NCBI GenBank assembly: GCA_951406725.2
Contig: OX597833.1
Coordinates: 24,056,001 to 24,120,000, forward strand
DNA: 64,000 nucleotides
Reading direction: 5' to 3'
DNA from: Octopus vulgaris
Taxonomy: Eukaryota
Made by a program: the position numbers and the translations under genes. Positions 22,213 to 40,558 of this stretch are shown here, piece by piece. Positions within the stretch are counted from its first letter, which is position 1. Each line of letters begins with the position of its first letter. The notes under the pieces were generated by a model. It had not been told where the DNA came from, searched no databases, and worked only from the letters and a program-made list of their open reading frames with translations.

Positions 22213-23808
22213 TCACCGACGTTACGTTTCGAGAAGAACGAAGCGCGCCGCGGCGGCGGCGGCGGCGGAAGCTCGGGAAGCAGCCGCCCGCCCGCCCGCC
22301 GACGACGACGATCGGAAACGAGAGCGAAAGGGAATCGGAGGGGCCGAAAACAGGGGGCGCCGCGAGGGCGCTCGCGAGTTCGGCCGCCGTTCGTATACGC
22401 GCGCGCCAGCTCCTTCCTCGTCGCCGCGGAGGAGTAGAAGAAGGCGAAAACGACACGGGTCGACGCGCGAAGAAGCGTTCGCGATACAAGAAACGGTTTG
22501 CGATCCGACTGCCGCACACCGGGGCCGCTGCGGACGGGCTCCGGTGCGGGTCGATTCGAAGTGGGGGCCGGTTCCGGGCGGAAGAGGAGAAGAAGGCGGC
22601 GAAGAAGAAGAAGGCCAGCGACTAGGTCGGCAGACGAGAGGGGCAGCGGCGATTGGCGCGGGCCCGCTACAGCTTTTAGACTCGCCCGGCGCCCTACGCG
22701 TCGGTGGTGGTCGTCGTCGTCGTCGTCGTCGCTTCCTCCACCCGATCCTTCCGAAACGGCTGCGACGAACTGCGTCCGGACTGCGGTCAACGAGCGAGTG
22801 CGCCATGACGGTGGTCGCCACGAAAACGACGCGCGCGCCAAGGCGGGGTGATGCCGGGAAGGAGAAGAAAAAGCTGCGGAAACGCTACGAGGCAGCGAAA
22901 CCCGGAGTTGAAGCCACGGTTCCGTCCAGGGAAGAAGGGACGGACACGGCACCGCTCTCTTTCGGAGACGCCGCGTCGCCTGTGGCGGAACGGGAAGCGA
23001 CGGCTAGCCCGTCCGCCGCGCCGGCGGCGACGCGACACGAGGTCAGCGGCGTAACCTGACCGGGTCCTCGGCGGCGAAGGCGAGGCCGGGGGTCGGAAGG
23101 AAGGAAGAAGAAAAGAAAAAAAAACGCGGTAACGAGAAGCGGTTCGATTGCGAGAGGACGAACCGGCGAGCGTGAAGAGGCGGGCAGACGCGGGCAGACG
23201 CGGGCAGACGCGGGCAGACGCGGGCGTCGAGGGAGCGCGTCCGAAAGGCGGGCGGTGTGGCGGCGGCGGCAGACATTCGAGGACGCGCCAGCCGTGTAGA
23301 GTCGACCTTGCACCGGCAATAAGGGAGCTAACCGTTGGCAGAAAGGAGCGCCGACAACATCCCTTCCAGGCGGTCCACCTATGCCGTTCGGGCACGACCC
23401 TACGTAAGGAGCGCTTGTGCGGCGGTTGCCGGCGGGCGAGCGAGGAAAGGCGGGCAAACGCGTGCGTCGAAAGGGTCGGGCGAACGCAGCGGCGTCTGAA
23501 AGGCGGGCGAAGGCGTGCGTCGAAAGATGCGGGTAGAACGCAGCGTCTAGTAGGCGGGCGGGAAGAAGCGGACGTCCAGAGGCGGGCGAAGGCGGGCTTC
23601 AAGCGGCGGGCGAAGGCGGGCAAACGCGGGCGTCAACGGGCGGGCGAACGCAGCGTCTGAAAAGGCGGGCGGTTCGGCGGCGGAAATTCGAGGACGCGCC
23701 GGCCGTGTAGAATCGATCTTGCACCGGCAAACGGGGAGCTAACCGTCATCAGAAAAGGAGCTACGAGGACATCCTTCCGAGACGCTAACCTATGCCGATC
23801 AACCACAA
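22213..23808 (-). other. 5'ETS (about 1.6 kb)
   Basis: Sequence between the putative initiation site and 18S; includes gcgggcagac x4 at 23180-23226. Confidence 0.75.
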
Positions 23809-23945
23809 CCCTACATATTAGTCTGGACCCCCTTGGGGTGCGACGGTCACCTAGAGGCGTGACTATCCAGCCGGGGCCGATCCGTTTGCTTACGGTCCGA
23901 GCACCTCCTTGCTCACGGGTCGGACCACGTCGCTGTTTTTACCCG
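23809..23945 (-). promoter_or_regulatory. Putative RNA Pol I gene promoter of the R2-containing unit
   Basis: Same block as 524-660. Confidence 0.55.
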
Positions 23946-26900
23946 GTGCATATCGCCACGCACTCCCGGCGACTGACGGCATCGATCGCGCCTACGTCCA
24001 CGTGTACGTGGGCGAGAGCGCGAGTTTCGCCTAAGTCCCGATCGAGCCTCGCGGTAGCGCGGCGGAACTGCGGGCGAAGGCGGTAGAAAGCGGGCGAATG
24101 CCCGCCGCAATCGGCCGTTGCCTGCACCGGCCTCACTTTGTCATCTTTCGGGAATTTACGGGACGGACCGCGTCGCCGCATCGAACGCCCGCACGTCGCG
24201 ACATCGGTCGCGGCTACGTCCACGCGTACGCGGGCGAGACCGCACGCTCGATTTCGTGCTTTCGATTTCACGCACGGTAGGGCGGCGGAGACGCGGGCGA
24301 CCGGCGCACGCCTTCCGCCGCTACCTCGTGCCAGCCGCAGTTTGTCGTCTTTCGGGATTTTACGGGACGGACCACGTACTCCTATCGAGCGCCGGTATCT
24401 CGTGAACGCCTTCCGGCACCGGTGGCGGCTACGTCGGCGCGTACGGGGGTCGAACCGCGAGCTTAGGTTCGTTCTTTCGATTTCGGGAGCGTCAGGGCGG
24501 CGGAGCAACGGGCGACCGTGCTAGCCGCAGTTTGCCATCTTTCGTGTTTTTACGGGACGGACCGCGTCGCCGTATCGACGGCGTGCATCTCGTGAACGCC
24601 CTTCCAACTTCGGTGGCGGCTACGTCCGCGCGTCCGTGGGCCGCACCGCGAGCTTAGCTTCGTTCTTTCGAATTCGGGCACGTCAGGGCGGCGGAGCAAC
24701 GGGCGACCGTGCTAGCCGCAGTTTGCCATCTTTCGGGTTTTTACGGGACGGACCGCGTCGCCGTATCGACGGCGTGCATCTCGTGAACGCCTTCCGGCAT
24801 CGGTGGCGGCTACGTCCACGCGTCCGTGGGCCGTACCGCGAGCGTGGGTTCGTTCTTTCGGTTTCGGGCACGGTAGCGCGGCGGAGGAACGGGCGACGGG
24901 CGCGGGCCTGCCGCTAACGGCCCCGCGGCTCGCGGACGAACGGGAGAAAGCGAGGCGGCGCGAAGGCGGCGGCCGCCCGCCGGGCTGACGGCGTCTCAGG
25001 CTGACGTCTCTGGCATCCTGCCGAACGGTGCCCGAGGCATGAAACCTGCCGACTGCAAGCCCTCAATATAGTCTTGACCCCCTTGGGGTGCGACGGTCAC
25101 CTAGAGGCGTGACTATCCAGCCGGGGCCGATCCGTTTGCTTACGGTCCGAGCACCTCCTTAACTCACGGGTCGGACCACGTCGCTGTCTTTACCCGGTGC
25201 ATATCGCCACGCACTCCCGGCGACTGACGGCATCGGTAGCGCCTACGTCCACGTGTACGTGGGCGAGAGCGCGAGTTTCGCCCAAGCCGAATTTCAGCCT
25301 CGCGGTAGCGCGGCGGAGGCGCGGGCGGAGGCGCGGGCGAAGGCTCCGGCCGCAGTTTGTCATCTTTCGGGAATTTACGAGACGGACCGCGTCGCCGCAT
25401 CGGACGCCCGCACGTCGCGACATCGGTCGCGGCTACGTCCACGCGTACGCGGGCGAGACCGCACGCTCGAGTTCGTGCTTTCGATTTCACGCGCGGTAGG
25501 GCGGCGGAGACGCGGGCGACCGGCGCACGCCTTCCGCCGCTACCTCGTGCTAGCCGCAGTTTGTCATCTTTCGGGATTTTACGGGACGGACCACGTACTC
25601 CTATCGAGCGCCGGTATCACGTGAACGCCTTCCGGCACCGGTGGCGGCTACGTCCACGCGTACGGGGGTCGCACCGCGAGCTTAGGTTCGTCCTTTCGAT
25701 TTCGGGCACGTCTGGGCGGCGGAGCAACGGGCGACCGCGCTAGCCGCAGTTTGCCATCTTTCGTGTTTTTACGGGACGCACCACGTACTCCTATCGACCG
25801 CGTGAGTCTCGTGAACGCCTTCCGGCATCGGTGGCGGCCACGTCCACGCGTCCGTGGGCCGCACCGCGAGCTTGGGTTCGTTCTTTTTTCGAATTTCGGG
25901 CACGGTAGCGCGGCGGAGGAACGGGCGACAGGCGCAGGCGTGACTATCCAGCCGGGGGCCGACCCGCAAGTCTGATACGGGTCTGATTCCTTCGACTTAC
26001 GGGTCGGACCGCGTGGATAACACACGGACACACACACTCGTGGTCTTCGTCGTAACTCAGACTTACTCCCCGGCAATCGACCGGCCGCATAACTCTTTCG
26101 ACTCGTGCACTCGGCCGAGAACTCTCTCAAAGTGAAATCGCCGCTTCGATGCGCGTGGATAACACACGGACACACACACTCGTGGTCTTCGTCGTAACTC
26201 AGACTTACTCCCCGGCAATCGACCGGCCGCATAACTCTTTCGACTCGTGCACTCGACCGAGAACTCTCTCAAGTGATAATCGCCTTCCCGTGCGCGTGGA
26301 TAACACACGGACACACACACTCGATCCGTCTTCGTCGTAACTCAGACTTACTCCCCGGCAATCGACCGGCCGCATAACTCTTTCGACTCGTGCACTCGAC
26401 CGAGAACTCTCTCAAGTGAAATCGCCGCTTCGATGCGCGTCGTGATACACACGGACACACACACTCGTGGTCTTCGTCGTAACTCACCGGGCAAACACTC
26501 CCCGACGATCGACCGGCCGCATTAGTCATCTTTCGGGACTCGAGACGGACCACTCGCCGAGAACGCCTGTCTCGCAACATCGGTCGCGGCTAGGTCCAGC
26601 ACGTGGCCGACACCGCCCGCTTAGTTTCGTGCTTTCGATTCCACGCACGGCTCGGCGGCGGAGACGCGGGCGACCGGCGCAGGCCTGCCGCCGCTACATC
26701 GCGCTAGCCGCTGTTTGTCATCTTTCGGGATTTTACGGGACGGACCGCGTCGCCGTATCGAGCGCGTGCATCTCGCGAACGCCTTCCGGCATCGCTGGCG
26801 GCTACGTCCCCGCGTACGTGGGCCACGACGCGAGCTTGGGTTCGTTCTTTCGATTTCGGGCACGGTAGCGCGGCGGAGCAACGGGCGACAGGCGCAGGCC

Positions 26901-29470
26901 TGCCGCTTAAGGCCCCGCGGGGCGTGGAGGAACGGGAGAAAGCGAGGCGGCGCGAAGGCGGCGGCGGCCCGCCGGGCTGACGGCGTCGCAGGCTGACGTC
27001 TCTGGCATCCTGCCGAACGGTCCCCGAGGCATGAAACCTGCCGACTGCAAGCCCTCAATATAGTCCTGACCCCCTTGGGGTGCGACGGTCACCTAGAGGC
27101 GTGACTATCCAGCCGGGGCCGATCCGTTTGCTTACGGTCCGAGCACCTCCTTAACTCACGGGTCGGACCACGTCGCTGTCTTTACCCGTGCATATCGCCA
27201 CGCACTCCCGGCGACTGACGGCATCGATCGCGCCTACGTCCACGTGTACGTGGGCGAGAGCGCGGGTTTCGCTCAAGCCCCGCTTGAACCTCGCGGTCGC
27301 GCGGCGGAGCTGCGAACGAAGGCGGTAGAAGGCGGGCGCATGGCCGCCGCTATCGGCCGTTGCCTGCACTGGCCGCAGTCTGTCATCTGCTAGCCGCAGT
27401 TTGTCGTCTTTCGGGATTTTACGGGACGGACCACGTACTCCTATCGAGCGCCGGTATCTCGTGAACGCCTTCACGCACCGGTGGCGCTACGTCCGCGCGG
27501 ACGGGGTCGCACCGCGAGCTTAGGTTCGTTCTTTCGATTTCGGGCACGTCTGGGCGGCGGAGCAACGGGCGACCGTGCTAGCCGCAGTTTGCCATCTTTC
27601 GTGTTTTTACGGGACGCACCACGTACTCCTATCGAGCGCCGGTATCACGTGAACGCCTTCCGGCATCGGTCGCGGCTACGTCCACGCGTACGGGGTCGCA
27701 CCGCGAGCTTAGGTTCGTTCTTTCGATTTCGGGCACGCTAGGGCGGCGGAGCAACGGGCGACCGTGCTAGCCGCAGTTTGCCATCTTTCGGGTTTTTACG
27801 GGACGGACCGCGTCGCCGTATCGACGGCGTGCATCTCGTGAACGCCCTTCCAACTTCGGTGGCGGCTACGTCCGCGCGTCCGTGGGCCGTACCGCGAGCG
27901 CGGGTTCGTTCTTTCGGTTTCGGGCACGGTAGCGCGGCGGAGGAACGGGCGACCGGCGCGGGCCTGCCGCTAACGGCCTCGCGGCTCGCGGTCGAACGGG
28001 AGAAATCGAGGCGGCGCGAAGGCGGCGGCCACCCGCCGGGCTGACGGCGTCGCAGGCTGACGTCTCTGGCATCCTGCCGAACGGTCCCCGAGGCGTGAAA
28101 CCTGCCGACTGCAAGCCCTCAATATAGTCTTGACCCCCTTGGGGTGCGACGGTCACCTAGAGGCGTGACTGTCCAGCCGGGGCCGATCCGTATGCTTACG
28201 GTCCGAGCACCTCCTTAACTCACGGGTCGGACCACGTCGCTGTCTTTACCCGGTGCATATCGCCACGCACTCCCGGCGACTGACGGCATCGATAGCGCCT
28301 ACGTCCACGTGTACGTGGGCGAGAGCGCGAGTTTCGCCCAAGCCGAATTTCAGCCTCGCGGTAGCGCGGCGGAGGCGCGGGCGAAGGCTCCGGCCGCAGT
28401 TTGTCATCTTTCGGGAATTTACGAGACGGACCGCGTCGCCGTATCGAACGCCCGTACCTCGCAACATCGGCCGCGGCTAGGTCCACGCGTACACGGCCGA
28501 CACCGCCCTCTTAGTTTCGTGCTTTCGATTCCACGCACGGTTCGGCGGCGGAGACGCGGGCGACAGGCGCAGGCCTTTGCGCAGGCCTGCCGCTACATCG
28601 CGCTAGCCGCAGTTTGTCATCTTTCGGGATTTTACGGGACGGACCGAGTCGCCGTATCGAGCGCGTGCATCTCGCGAACGCCTTCCCGGCATCGCTGGCG
28701 GCTGCGTCCACGCGTACGTGGGCAACGACGCGAGCTTGGGTTCGTTCTGTCGATTTCGGGCACGGTTGGGCGGCGGAGCATCGGGCGACCGGCGCAGGCC
28801 TCCCGCCGCTACCTCGTGCTGGCCGCAGTTTGTCATCCTTCGGGATTTTACGGGACGGACCGCGTCTCCGTATCGACCGCGTGAGTCTCGTGAACGCCTT
28901 CCGGCATCGGTGGCGGCCACGTCCACGCGTCCGTGGGCCGCACCGCGAGCTTGGGTTCGTTCTTTTTTCGAATTTCGGGCACGGTAGCGCGGCGGAGGAA
29001 CGGGCGACAGGCGCAGGCGTGACTATCCAGCCGGGGGCCGACCCGCAAGTCTGATACGGGTCTGATTCCTTCGACTTACGGGTCGGACCGCGTGGATAAC
29101 ACACGGACACACACACTCGTGGTCTTCGTCGTAACTCAGACTTACTCCCCGGCAATCGACCGGCCGCATAACTCTTTCGACTCGTGCACTCGACCGAGTC
29201 GAGAATCGCCGCTTCGATGCGCGTGGATAACACACGGACACACACACTCGTGGTCTTCGTCGTAACTCAGACTTACTCCCCGGCAATCGACCGGCCGCAT
29301 AACTCTTTCGACTCGTGCACTCGACCGAGAACTCTCTCAAGTGAAATCGCCGCTTCGATGCGCGTGGATAACACACGGACACACACACTCGTGGTCTTCG
29401 TCGTAACTCAGACTTACTCCCCGGCAATCGACCGGCCGCATAACTCTTTCGACTCGTGCACTCGACCGAG
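23821..29470. repeat. Second IGS: 190-bp/module repeats with 141-bp arrays at 26013-26485 and 29092-29470
   Basis: 23821-25790 matches 536-2540; 26580-29200 matches about 3400-6025. Confidence 0.9.
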
Positions 29471-29825
29471 CGTCGACGTCCTCGCGTGTCCGGCGACTCA
29501 CGCGCCGGTGGCGCCACGACGACGCGCTACGAAGTGCGTCCGACGACCCGAGCGTAGCGTGAGCGCGCCCGCGCGCGTTCGGAACGCGCGCGCGCGAGAC
29601 GAGCGCCGCGCGGCGACGGCGCGCGCGCGCGACCGAGCGCGCGCGAGGCGGAAGGCGCCGCGCGCGGGCGCGCGGAAGAGACGCGAAGCGCGCGCGATAC
29701 CCGCGTCCTACCGGCGCGCGCGCGGAGCGAGCGCGCGCGACGCCGAGCGCCGCGCGAGCGCGCGACGAGCCGCCGCACGGCCGAGATCTGCGAAACTTTC
29801 GATCCGTCTTCTTGTGCCGATATGA

Positions 29826-29938
29826 TTCCGAAGGTACGGATCCATTTTGCCGACTTCCCTTACCTACATTGGCGCTATCGACGAGAGGCTGTACACCTTG
29901 GAGACCTGCTGCGGATGGTGGGTACGGACCGACTCGAG
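29826..29938 (-). pseudogene. Isolated 28S fragment in garbled contig-end sequence
   Basis: Matches 15187-15299; followed by an inverted degenerate copy of about 14885-15022 at 29959-30082. Confidence 0.75.
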
Positions 29939-30749
29939 GAGCTGTCGATTCGTGACGGATCCCGGTGCGCTCCGTTTTTCCGCCGGTCGCGCAGCGTCGG
30001 CGGCAGCCGCCGCGCGCCGGTGCGCTCGGCGCCTCGACGCGGGTCGAGCGCGAACGCGCGGTTCTCTTCCGCTGCGCGTTCGATCTGTCCCATTCGATAG
30101 CTTCCCTTCCATCTCGGATCCGCTCCGCGGCGCCGGTGCGTCGGCGTTCGCCCGCGCCCTCCCGGCTGCGCCGGCATTCGAACAGACGCCCGAAGCGGCG
30201 CTAGGACACGCTCGCCCGGGACGGGCCGATCGGGCTCGGGAATCCTGCGCGGCGGCCCCGTGTTCTCGAACTCCGCAGCCGGGAATACTTCTAGTGGACG
30301 CATCTGTGGCTAGCCGGAGCTCTGCTTTCGACGATGTCGGGGGCAAGCGCGGGTGTCGGAGCATGCGCCTATCTGTGACCGAACCACGCCCGGGGCCCCG
30401 GACGGATCGAGCCTGTGATAACGGTCCGGTTTGCCTCGGGCTACTACGTACGCGCAGACGTACGCCCGCAGTCAGCCGGCACGCGCCGTGGAACTCCCGC
30501 GCCGCGATCCGCGCGGACGGCCGCCGGTCGGCAGCGTTCGAGCGCGCGGCGCGTTTGCTGACGGACGCCGCTCCGGTGCTCTTTCGCTCCGCGCCGATGG
30601 AGGAGAGATTTGCACGTCGCGCGCCGGTCCGGCGTGGTTCGTAAGCGGTGCGACGCGCGGATGTCGAGCGCCCTTTGCGGGGCCGCCGCACAGCCTGCGC
30701 TAGTCGGAGACAGTATCGGTCGAGGAGTGACGGCGAAGCCGGTAGGGCA

Positions 30750-30849
30750 NNNNNNNNNNNNNNNNNNNNNNNNNNNNNNNNNNNNNNNNNNNNNNNNNNN
30801 NNNNNNNNNNNNNNNNNNNNNNNNNNNNNNNNNNNNNNNNNNNNNNNNN
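30750..30849. other. Scaffold gap (100 N)
   Basis: N run; composition switches from GC-rich to AT-rich across it. Confidence 1.
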
Positions 30850-32239
30850 GAAGAAACAATCCTGGTTTCATTTGATGTAGTCAACTTTGTATACAGTATA
30901 CCTCATAATTATGGACTGGAGGCAATACAATTCTGGTTAGACCAATTTCCGGAAGAAATACCAAAAAGGATCAGTAAGGAATTCATTACTAAATCAATTG
31001 AGGAAATACATTTTACCGTCAAAAATCTTGCATGGGTACAAGGGCAGCACCAGTCATTGCGAACTTAACAATGGGATACATGGAAATAATCATTTACCAG
31101 GAATCTCTATCAATCTTTGAAACTCCCTCTCTCAATACATAAAAGAGAATTGGAAACGATTCCTAGACGATTGTTTCATTCTCTGGAATGAAAACATAGA
31201 TAAACTCCTAAAATTTAAAAACCTATTGAACAGCATAAACCCAAATATACAGTTCACAATGGAATACAACCAAAAGGAGCTCCTGTTCTTGGATATACTA
31301 ATTAAAAAAATTAACCTTAAAATAGAAACAGACATTTTTTACAAAGCCACAGACGCCAAACAATACCTTCTTTTTAATTCATGCCACCCAAGACACACTA
31401 AAACAAACATACCCTTCAACCTTGCAAGAAGGATATGCACAATAGTGTCAGAACAAAATACCAGGAACTTTAGACTGCAAGAACTCAAAAACACCCTAAT
31501 TGACAGACATTACCCAGCTCAACTCATAGAGGATGGGATCAGACGTGCAACAGAAATCAACATAGAAACTTTAAGAAAAGTTCAACACAACAACACACCT
31601 TCCCCGAAAATACTACCTTACATATCTACATACAACCCCAGAAACAAAGAAGCCTTCACCATCATCACCCAGAATTTACCAATACTTCATAAAAACCCAA
31701 AATTAAGGGAAATTCTAAACATACACCAAATCATTAAAAGCTACAAACAGCCTAAATCACTTAAAAAGATTCTCACAAAGGCAAAATTGTCTTCTAAAAT
31801 TACGGATGCAAAAGTAAAAAAATGTGGTAGATCGAACTGTGCAACATGTCCTAACCTATTGGAAGGATCAGAATTCTTCTTTAAAGAAGGACAGAAATTT
31901 AAGATCAAATCTAACTTTACTTGTGCCTCTGAAAACATAATTTATGTTATTAAATGCTCGGGCTGCCACCAAGACTACGTGGGTTCCACGGGACTATCAC
32001 TCAGGCGCAGATGCACACTGCATCGACAACAGATTGCATTCCCAGAATATAGAATGATACCTTTTAGTGAGCACATTGAGAAATGCGCAAAGCAACTACT
32101 GCCACAATTTTTAATCTTCCCATTTTACCAATGTGCTTTCGGATCATCAACACAAATGAGACTGAACAAGGAAACATTCTTCATTGAAAAGTACAAACCC
32201 AGACTCAACCATCCGAACATACTGACACAGAGAAATTAA
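30850..32239 (+). mobile_element. Penelope-like retroelement (RT plus GIY-YIG endonuclease), 5'-incomplete and frameshifted
   Basis: LVSFDVV, WKRFLDDCF, FLDI, YKATD..YL.FNSCHP, CGRSNCATC, NIIYVIKC..C...YVGST....R.R...H. Confidence 0.92.
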
Positions 32240-32449
32240 CAAGGAAATGGGAAAAAAATTTTTAAGCGATTATCTCCCCTACACCGGAAAAAATCACTCA
32301 CTACCTCCCCTTATTTAGAAATCTCCTGGAAATAAAAACAACGATAAATCCATGCAATATAAACATAACGTCACAAGAAATTTGAAAAGCTACACGCGAA
32401 ACCGGTAATTTCTTTAAAAATTTAAAAATTATGTCATTTTAAGGAAAGG

Positions 32450-32481
<32 letters not shown>

Positions 32482-32487
32482 TCCAAT

Positions 32488-32902
<415 letters not shown>

Positions 32903-33953
32903 TTTAGTTGTAGGGTAATATGGTGTCAGAGATCCCAGTATAGGAAGCTGGTGGTAAGTTTCAAGCATTTATATAACTAGTACAGATGACAGAAAGAGAA
33001 TAATATACAGAAAAAGAGTTTAATAACCATTGTATTTTACACTCTTCATCCATCATTGAAATCATTGCAAATTTTGGTAAACTGACACTCACTACACAAT
33101 TCATGGTTTAGCAACTAAAATTGCTAAATATGCGATTAAAAATTGAAGAATGCGAGGAGTTGAAGGGTAAATAAAGACTACATATGTTTCAAAGCTAAGC
33201 AATATTTGTTACATAGCTTGTAATGCACACATTTAGCTAATACTCAGGTTCGATTACCTTTGAATTGTTTACATTCATCCCTTACATTTTTGCATTGTGT
33301 GTGTAGGGGGAATGTGTGCATGTGAGAATGTGTGTGTGTGTGTGTGCATATGCTTGTTTGTGTATGGGAGGGGACATTGTTTGTATTAGTGTTGATCTGA
33401 TCAACTAAACACTCCAAGGCAGTGTCCCAGTACAGCCGAAGTTCAATGAGTGAAGCAAGTCAAAGAATGCCATCTGATGGTTTAAAAATATTCCCTTACC
33501 AGCACAACACAAGTGCTAGATTATTTTGTCTTACAATTTCTGTCTGTCTCTTCTCTTCTTACTACAACAGCATTTTCTCTTCTGACCTAACAATCTGCAT
33601 GTATTCCTGTCATACTTCCCTCTTTTTATCACTTTCACTTTATTCCAGATTCAAGATTTTACTTTCCTTTCCAAGACTGCATATCCCTAAAATTCTCTTC
33701 CCGCTAATGCTTTTTCTGAAAATTTAACTTATAATAGTTCAAGGCGAATATCAATTATATTAATCTAACTAATGTAGGAAGACATGGATGATGCTCTCTT
33801 TCATATGTTATAAAAAAAATATAACAAAACTAAAAATTTCTTCATTTCATTAATTGACTAGAAACAAATGAGCAGTCAAAAATAAGACTGTGGAATTCAT
33901 GTTATGTAACTCAATGACAAACATAGTTGATTCATCATTAAAACGGTTCCAGT

Positions 33954-34053
33954 NNNNNNNNNNNNNNNNNNNNNNNNNNNNNNNNNNNNNNNNNNNNNNN
34001 NNNNNNNNNNNNNNNNNNNNNNNNNNNNNNNNNNNNNNNNNNNNNNNNNNNNN
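33954..34053. other. Scaffold gap (100 N)
   Basis: N run. Confidence 1.
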
Positions 34054-39710
<5,657 letters not shown>

Positions 39711-40292
39711 AAGCACTTGGTAAAATGCAAAACAAAGAAAATACAAAACAAAAAAGAAAAAAAAAATACAGTTCTGCTCTATCTATTGTCTGTGTCTCCT
39801 TAATTAAAATCTTATTTTGTTGCGGCCCAGTCATAATTAATTATACTGGATGAAAACTAGGGCAATGATTTTTACCAAAGCACCACACCATTGCCCACAT
39901 CCGCTCATAAACTTCCTATCTCAGAATTGTTGTGACAGGACGTATCTTTTCGAAAATGCTAAAAGTGGGAATGAGACAAAATTGTCTTTTGTCTTATATG
40001 AAGTAGCGTAACATTTACAAAGAACACATATGAACGCATTTTGTATGCGGCTAGAGCATAGAAACAGCAAAAGTTGGTGACTAGATATATAGTCACAGTA
40101 TGTAGGTATTACGTCAATAGATATATCTTGTGTATAGAGGTTGACGGGATATATAGTCAGTGTGTTGATTGTATATGGATAGGCATACACCTTGTATATA
40201 CGTACATATATGGATATATATATATATTTGGTGTGTAGACGTTAAATAGATATATGAGTGTATGTATGTGTGTGCGTGTATGTGTGTGTGTG

Positions 40293-40558
40293 TATTATAT
40301 CCTTCTATACTTTGGCTATACAGATTTCACGAGGCGGGGACAGACACAGCTACCTTCACATGACTTACTTCAAATTACTCCACTAAAACACGATACTCAA
40401 TAAATACAAACTCTCAACAATCTCAACGACTGCTTACGGCTTCCACGAATTCTCAACGACTCTGACGACTGGTCCCTCGTCTCAACCAATACGCTACTCG
40501 TATAAGAGCTCGGTTAGTCCATTTTTGCAATCCCACTGTTGTGACTCTCGCCACAACA
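40293..40558 (-). repeat. 3' LTR
   Basis: Starts TGTTG next to the PPT; similar to 44517-44773. Confidence 0.85.

Noticed and set aside
14280-23660. Long ORFs overlapping rRNA genes (for example 16171-17547, 458 aa)
   Set aside because: Shadow ORFs of GC-rich rRNA and spacers
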